From assembly GCA_005888865.1 (NCBI GenBank), contig VBCL01000119.1, positions 1-46,099 on the forward strand: a stretch of 46,099 nucleotides of DNA. Direction: 5' to 3'. Below are positions 41,507 to 46,099 of the stretch, one piece after another. Position 1 is the stretch's first letter, and each line of letters starts with the position of its first letter. This DNA is from Betaproteobacteria bacterium. GTDB taxonomy: Bacteria > Pseudomonadota > Gammaproteobacteria > Burkholderiales > Casimicrobiaceae. The position numbers were made by a program, and so were the translations under genes. The notes under the pieces were generated by a model. That model was not told the origin of the DNA, did not search any database, and worked only from the letters and a program-made list of their open reading frames with translations.

Positions 41507-41558
41507 TCCGTTTTCCGATCACAGGCACATGCGTGCCGCTCTCGGACGGGTGCGTCAG

Positions 41559-42812
41559 CTACGGCTCGTCCGGAAGATGGTAGACGCGCTGGAACAGCGC
41601 CAGCAACTCGGCCCGCTCGGCTTCGCCGGCCTGATTGAGCGCTTGCGTCGGGCCGTGCAGGAATTTGCTGGTAAGCCCGCGCGCGAGCTGCTCGAGCACC
41701 TGCTCTGGGGACGTGCCGTTGCCAAGCAAGCGCTTGGCGCGCTCCAGCTCACTCGCGCGGAGCGCGTCGTGATGCCCGTGCAACGCGGTGATCATCGGGA
41801 CGACCGCGCGGCCCTCGAGCCAGCGCAGGAAGCTCTCCGATTGCGCGGCAATGATCGCCTCGGCCTCGCGCACCGCCTCGACTCGGATCTGCAGGTTGTC
41901 CTTGACGATGTTGGCGAGGTCGTCGACGCTGTAGAGGAACACGTCGTCGAGCTCGCAGGCCTCCGGCTCGACGTCGCGCGGCACGGCGAGATCGACGATG
42001 AACATCGGCGCGTGGCGGCGCACCTTGATCGCGCGCTCGAGCATGCCCTTGCCCAGGATGGGCAGCGAGCTCGCAGTCGAGGTGATGATGATGTCGAACT
42101 GCGCGAGACGCTCGGGCAGCTCGTTCAACGTGATTGCCTCGGCCTGCACGCGCGAGGCGAGCTGTGCGCCGCGCTCGAGGGTCCGGTTGGCCACCGTGAT
42201 CGACTTGGGTGCCCGCTTTGCGAGATGCGTCGCGCACAGGTCGATCATCTCTCCGGCACCGATCAGCAAAACCCGCTCTTCCGAAATCGAGGGGAAGATG
42301 CGCTCGGCAAGCTTGATCGCTGCGGCGGCCATCGAGATCGAGGCGCTCCCGATGTCGGTTTGCGTGCGCACGTCCTTGGCGACCGCGAAGGTCCGCTGGA
42401 ACAGGCGATTGAGCACCAGGCCGAGCGACCCTGCGGCTTCGGCGGTTTTCACCGCCTGCTTCATCTGTCCGAGGATCTGCGGCTCGCCCAGTACCATCGA
42501 GTCGAGACCGCTCGCCACGCGGAATGCGTGCGGGACCGCTTTATCCTGGAGCAGCGTGTAGAGGTGCGGCGACAAGGTCGACGCCGGAACGCGATGGAAT
42601 GACTCGAGCCAGCGTTCCACCGGTTGCGCATCGGTGCCGTTGAAGTAGACCTCGGTCCGGTTGCACGTCGACAGGATCGCCGCCTCCTTCACATGCGGCT
42701 GCGCGAGCAGATCGCGCAACGCCGCGCCCAGCGTGTCGATATGAAACGCTACGCGCTCCCGCACCGAGACCGGCGCGGTCGTGTGATTGAGACCAAGGGT
42801 GTACAGAGCCAT
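41559..42812 (-). CDS. hemA: Glutamyl-tRNA reductase
   Basis: [23 protein letters not shown]..., [14 protein letters not shown] (catalytic Cys), and the NADPH motif LIGAGEM. I prefer the ATG at 42812. The longer ORF reaching 43196 is Arg-rich and rejected. Confidence 0.93.
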   Translation of the reverse strand: MALYTLGLNHTTAPVSVRERVAFHIDTLGAALRDLLAQPHVKEAAILSTCNRTEVYFNGTDAQPVERWLESFHRVPASTLSPHLYTLLQDKAVPHAFRVASGLDSMVLGEPQILGQMKQAVKTAEAAGSLGLVLNRLFQRTFAVAKDVRTQTDIGSASISMAAAAIKLAERIFPSISEERVLLIGAGEMIDLCATHLAKRAPKSITVANRTLERGAQLASRVQAEAITLNELPERLAQFDIIITSTASSLPILGKGMLERAIKVRRHAPMFIVDLAVPRDVEPEACELDDVFLYSVDDLANIVKDNLQIRVEAVREAEAIIAAQSESFLRWLEGRAVVPMITALHGHHDALRASELERAKRLLGNGTSPEQVLEQLARGLTSKFLHGPTQALNQAGEAERAELLALFQRVYHLPDEP

Positions 42813-42892
42813 GGAACGATCGCAAGTGCCTGATATTTTAAACCAATACGGCGGAGCCTGCCGGACGGATGCGGCGGACGCCTTGACCGGCG

Positions 42893-44947
42893 TCAAACCT
42901 TGATGAACTCCTGCTTTCCGCCGAGCCAGCGCTCGAGGTGCGCGCCTGCCGCGCCGGGCTCGCGGCGCAGTAGCTCGTCTGCGGCACCGCGGGCCGCCTC
43001 GATCAGGGCAACGTCGCGCTCGGGATCGGCGAAACGCAACAGCGGCACTCCGGACTGCCGCGCGCCGAGAAACTCGCCCGGGCCGCGGATGCGAAGATCC
43101 TGGCGCGCGATCTCGAAGCCGTCGTTGTGCTCGTAGACCACCTTGAGCCGCGCCTTTGCAGCTTCGGACATCGGTTCCTCGAACAGCAGGACGCAAGTGC
43201 TCTGCGCGGCGCCGCGGCCGACCCGGCCGCGCAGCTGATGCAGCTGCGCGAGCCCGAAGCGCTCGGCGTGCTCGATGACCATCAGCGACGCATTGGGCAC
43301 ATCGACACCGACTTCGATCACCGTCGTCGCGACCAGCACGCCGATCTCGCCGCGGACGAAGCTATTCATGACCACGGCCTTGTCGTCGGGCTTCATGCGT
43401 CCGTGCAGCAGTCCGACCGAAATTTCCTCAAGCGTCGCGGTGAGCTCAGCGTGCAGCGCCACCGCGGTCTGCAGCTCGAGCTTCTCCGACTCCTCGATCA
43501 GCGGGCACACCCAGTACACCTGGCCACCTTCGGCACAAAGCTTGCGCGCGCGCTCGACCACTTCGCTGCGGCGACGCTGACTGACGAGTCGCGTAGCGAC
43601 CGGCGTGCGCCCCGGCGGCATCTCGTCGATCACCGATACGTCGAGATCGGCGTAGAAGGACATCGCCAGGGTCCGCGGAATCGGCGTGGCGCTCATCATG
43701 AGCTGATGCGCATCGCCGATCCCTCTCTGCCTGAGCGCGAGCCGCTGGGCGACGCCGAAGCGGTGCTGTTCGTCGACGATGGCGAGCCCCAGCTTCGGCA
43801 GCGCCACCTCGTCCTGAAAGAGCGCGTGCGTGCCGATGGCAAAGTGCGCCTCGCCACTCTCGATCACGGCCTTGGCCTGCCGCTTCGTCTTCGCCGGAAG
43901 ACTGCCGGAGAGCCAGGCCATCTTCACCGGCAGTCCCTCCAGCCACACCGCGAGCTTGCGATAGTGCTGCTCGGCGAGAATTTCGGTCGGCGCCATGAAG
44001 GCGACCTGCCGGCCCGATTCGATCGCTTGCAATGCCGCGAGCGCCGCGACCACGGTCTTGCCGCTGCCGACGTCCCCCTGCAACAACCGCTGCATCGGCT
44101 CCGCGCGTGCGAGGTCGCGGCGGATCTCGGCGATCACCCGCTGCTGAGCGCGGGTCAATTTGAAGGGCAGACGCTCGTACAACGCCTTGGTGAGCGTGCC
44201 GTCGCCGACGAGCCGCGGTGCGCGTCGGCGCGCGCGGGCGCGGCGGTGCATCTTGAGCGAGAGCTGCTGCGCGAGCAGCTCGTCGAACTTGAGGCGCGAC
44301 CACGCCGGGTGCGTGCGCGCGTCGAGCGCGGATTGCGACGCGTCGGTGGGCGGCTCGTGGAGGTAGTGGACCGACTGCGCGAACCCCCACAGCCGGCGCG
44401 GCTCGCGCGTCCACGGCGGGAGCGTCTCGGCGAGATAAGCCGGATCGCGGAGAAGCGCGCGGTGCACGAGCTTGCGCAGCGCATCCTGGGCGAGCCCGGC
44501 CGTCGTCGGATACACCGGCGTGAGTCGATCCGGAAGCGGCGTCCCCGGTGCCACGACATGAAAGCTCGGGTGCACCATCTCCAGTCCGAAGTGGCCCTCG
44601 CGCACGTCGCCGAACGCGCGCACGCGCTTGCCGACGGCAAGCGCTTTCTGGTGGCTGGGATAGAAATGGAAGAAGCGCAGGACCAGCTGTGCGTCTCCGT
44701 CCTCGAGCAGGCAGACGAGCTGGCGTCGCGGTCGATACTGGATGTCGGTATTGGCGACGGTGGCTTCGACTTGCCACGGCTGTCCGGGCTTGAGCGCGGC
44801 CAGGGGACACAGATGCGTGTGGTCCTCGTAGCGCAGCGGGAGGTGCAGTACGAGGTCCTGCTCGCGCGCGATACCGAGCCGCACGAGCTTGTCGGCCAGC
44901 GTATTGCCCGGCTTGGGCTCAGCCGCGGCTCTTTTTTTTCCTGCCAT
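42893..44947 (-). CDS. recG: ATP-dependent DNA helicase RecG
   Basis: Wedge-domain N-terminus. Walker [16 protein letters not shown] (DExH), [13 protein letters not shown] prefer the ATG at 44947 (the track start at 44959 is GTG). Confidence 0.93.
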   Translation of the reverse strand: MAGKKRAAAEPKPGNTLADKLVRLGIAREQDLVLHLPLRYEDHTHLCPLAALKPGQPWQVEATVANTDIQYRPRRQLVCLLEDGDAQLVLRFFHFYPSHQKALAVGKRVRAFGDVREGHFGLEMVHPSFHVVAPGTPLPDRLTPVYPTTAGLAQDALRKLVHRALLRDPAYLAETLPPWTREPRRLWGFAQSVHYLHEPPTDASQSALDARTHPAWSRLKFDELLAQQLSLKMHRRARARRRAPRLVGDGTLTKALYERLPFKLTRAQQRVIAEIRRDLARAEPMQRLLQGDVGSGKTVVAALAALQAIESGRQVAFMAPTEILAEQHYRKLAVWLEGLPVKMAWLSGSLPAKTKRQAKAVIESGEAHFAIGTHALFQDEVALPKLGLAIVDEQHRFGVAQRLALRQRGIGDAHQLMMSATPIPRTLAMSFYADLDVSVIDEMPPGRTPVATRLVSQRRRSEVVERARKLCAEGGQVYWVCPLIEESEKLELQTAVALHAELTATLEEISVGLLHGRMKPDDKAVVMNSFVRGEIGVLVATTVIEVGVDVPNASLMVIEHAERFGLAQLHQLRGRVGRGAAQSTCVLLFEEPMSEAAKARLKVVYEHNDGFEIARQDLRIRGPGEFLGARQSGVPLLRFADPERDVALIEAARGAADELLRREPGAAGAHLERWLGGKQEFIKV

Positions 44948-45004
44948 GAGCAGCAACACCCGGCTACGCGATGCGCAGCTCCGTCGAAGGGCGCAGAGCC
45001 CGAG

Positions 45005-45385
45005 CTACGACAGGACCAGCACCGCCTCGACCTCGATCCGGGCGCCCTTGGGCAACGCTGCCACCTGGTAAGTCGCGCGCGCCGGATAGGGCTTGGCGAA
45101 AAAGCTCGCCATGATTTCGTTGACACGCGTGAAGTCAGCCATGTCGGCGAGCAGGAGTGTGACTTTGACCACGTCGTCGAGTCCGCCGCCCGCGGCGTGC
45201 GCCACCGCGCGCAGATTCTCGAACACCTGCCGCGCCTGCGCGTCGGTGCCCTCGCGCAGATTGCCGGTCGCGGGATCGAGCCCGATCTGGCCGGAGAGGT
45301 ATACGGTGTTGCCGGCGCGGATCGCCTGCGAATACGGTCCGATCGCGGCGGGCGCGGCATCGGAATGGATCACTTGCTTGCTCAC
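45005..45385 (-). CDS. ridA: RidA (YjgF/TdcF/L-PSP) family reactive-intermediate deaminase
   Basis: The GTG at 45385 is preceded by GGGGAG. The product begins VSKQVIHSDAAPAAIGPYSQAI...GQIGLDP... and ends ...LPKGARIEVEAV, the canonical family sequence. Confidence 0.88.
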   Translation of the reverse strand: MSKQVIHSDAAPAAIGPYSQAIRAGNTVYLSGQIGLDPATGNLREGTDAQARQVFENLRAVAHAAGGGLDDVVKVTLLLADMADFTRVNEIMASFFAKPYPARATYQVAALPKGARIEVEAVLVLS

Positions 45386-45453
45386 GTCTCCCCTTTCGCT
45401 GCTCACTGGTGGTTGCTACGACTGTACCATGACGCGCAGTCAGCGCCCGACCC

Positions 45454-46099
45454 TCAGTGCTCGACCTCATGACCGGCCTCGATCCACGCGTCGATCCCGC
45501 CGAGCAGCGGCCGGATGCGCGTGTAGCCGACCTTCCTCAACCTCTGCGCGACCTTGACCGCGGTCGCCTCATTGGGACATGCGCAATAGAGGATCACTTC
45601 GCCGTCGGCGGGTACGCCCTTGAATGCAGCGTCGATCATGTGCATGTCGATCGTCAGCGCGCCGGGGATCCGGCCGGTGGCAGCCTGCGTGAGCGCCGAA
45701 CGAACGTCGACCAGCGCCTGCACCTTCTTCTCCGAGAGCATTTGCTTCAGCTCGTCGACCGACACGCGATCCATCCTGAGCTGCTTGATGAAGAGGTAGC
45801 GCCGGCACCACTTCACCACGATCCACACCACGAACCCGGCGATGACCAGCATCACGCCGTATTTCCCCAGGGAAGCGAGCTTCGCCATGACGTCGCTGAT
45901 CGCGTCGCGGAAAAGAAAACCCAGCCCGACGCCGACGCCGACCCATAGCGCCGCGCCGACCGCGTCGAAGAGCACGAACGTCCAGTAGCGCAGCTTGATC
46001 GCTCCGGCGAGAGCGGTCGCCACCGAGCCGAAGCCGGGCACGAACTTGGCGAAGAGCATCGAAGCAGGGCCGAAGCGCTGGAAGATCGACTCGGTCTGG
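45454..46099 (-). CDS. DedA-family membrane protein fused to a C-terminal rhodanese domain; the 5' end lies outside the window
   Basis: The reading frame stays open to the window edge (...QTESIFQRFGPASMLFAKFVPGFGSV... is the DedA/SNARE-associated pattern). After a TM segment comes a rhodanese domain: VSVDELKQML...LVDVR...GRIPGAL...EVILYCACPNEATA...GGIDAWIEAGH. Confidence 0.8.
   Translation of the reverse strand, partial: QTESIFQRFGPASMLFAKFVPGFGSVATALAGAIKLRYWTFVLFDAVGAALWVGVGVGLGFLFRDAISDVMAKLASLGKYGVMLVIAGFVVWIVVKWCRRYLFIKQLRMDRVSVDELKQMLSEKKVQALVDVRSALTQAATGRIPGALTIDMHMIDAAFKGVPADGEVILYCACPNEATAVKVAQRLRKVGYTRIRPLLGGIDAWIEAGHEVEH

Noticed and set aside
1-46099. A search for defence or mobile-element hallmarks: CRISPR repeats, cas genes, restriction-modification, toxin-antitoxin pairs, retron/Abi-type genes, integrases, transposases, phage genes, tRNA/rRNA genes.
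   Set aside because: None recognised. RecG is the only helicase or nuclease-type protein and it is housekeeping. The window looks like core chromosome with metabolic accessory clusters, so I do not claim a novel defence-type system.

Overview
High-GC (about two-thirds G+C by eye, not computed) chromosomal segment. It is probably from a Betaproteobacterium / Burkholderiales-like organism. This is an inference from a Bug/TctC-type solute receptor and from rph-rdgB-hemW and hemA-prfA synteny. I support about 45 protein-coding genes. I recognised no rRNA, tRNA, CRISPR array, transposase, integrase or phage gene.

Content from left to right:
- 1-7030: ArnT-like glycosyltransferase (partial), GNAT, cysS, an ECF sigma/anti-sigma pair co-oriented with a PduO-type adenosyltransferase, and an acyl-CoA synthetase.
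- 7569-13442: catabolic cluster with a group-D flavin monooxygenase, VOC protein, frameshifted CocE/NonD hydrolase and Bug receptor, plus a divergent ACMSD-type amidohydrolase.
- 13607-20628: GlcG, GGCT, two small unknown ORFs, an OmpR/HK two-component pair with a secreted repeat protein, and a DUF1080-like protein coupled to an MFS transporter.
- 20878-29693: dCache-PAS-GGDEF-EAL protein, an orphan 2-oxoglutarate-dehydrogenase-E1-like gene, MidA methyltransferase, pteridine reductase, ChaC.
- 29851-36403: hemW-rdgB-rph, epimerase plus GT2, an Ldh_2 dehydrogenase, prmC.
- 36605-40180: a SorAB-like sulfite dehydrogenase with a PhnD-like/rhodanese fusion protein, then a GNAT.
- 40278-46099: prfA, hemA, recG, ridA, and a DedA-rhodanese fusion (partial).

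I do not see a convincing novel multi-gene system such as a defence island. The points most worth a second look are:
1. An unlisted 54-aa very basic ORF wedged between hemW and chaC with overlapping start and stop.
2. The sulfite-dehydrogenase / binding-protein-rhodanese block lying between prfA and prmC.
3. A 0.5-kb structured repeat region at 7.0-7.5 kb, with 57-bp tandem units, inverted copies, and two hairpins with identical loops and a compensatory stem change.
4. Three short palindromic MITE/REP-like elements inside housekeeping operons.
5. Two apparent frameshifts (cysS 3' end, CocE/NonD). These may be sequencing errors and should temper all start/stop calls.

All protein assignments come from motif recognition by eye. 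No database search was run.
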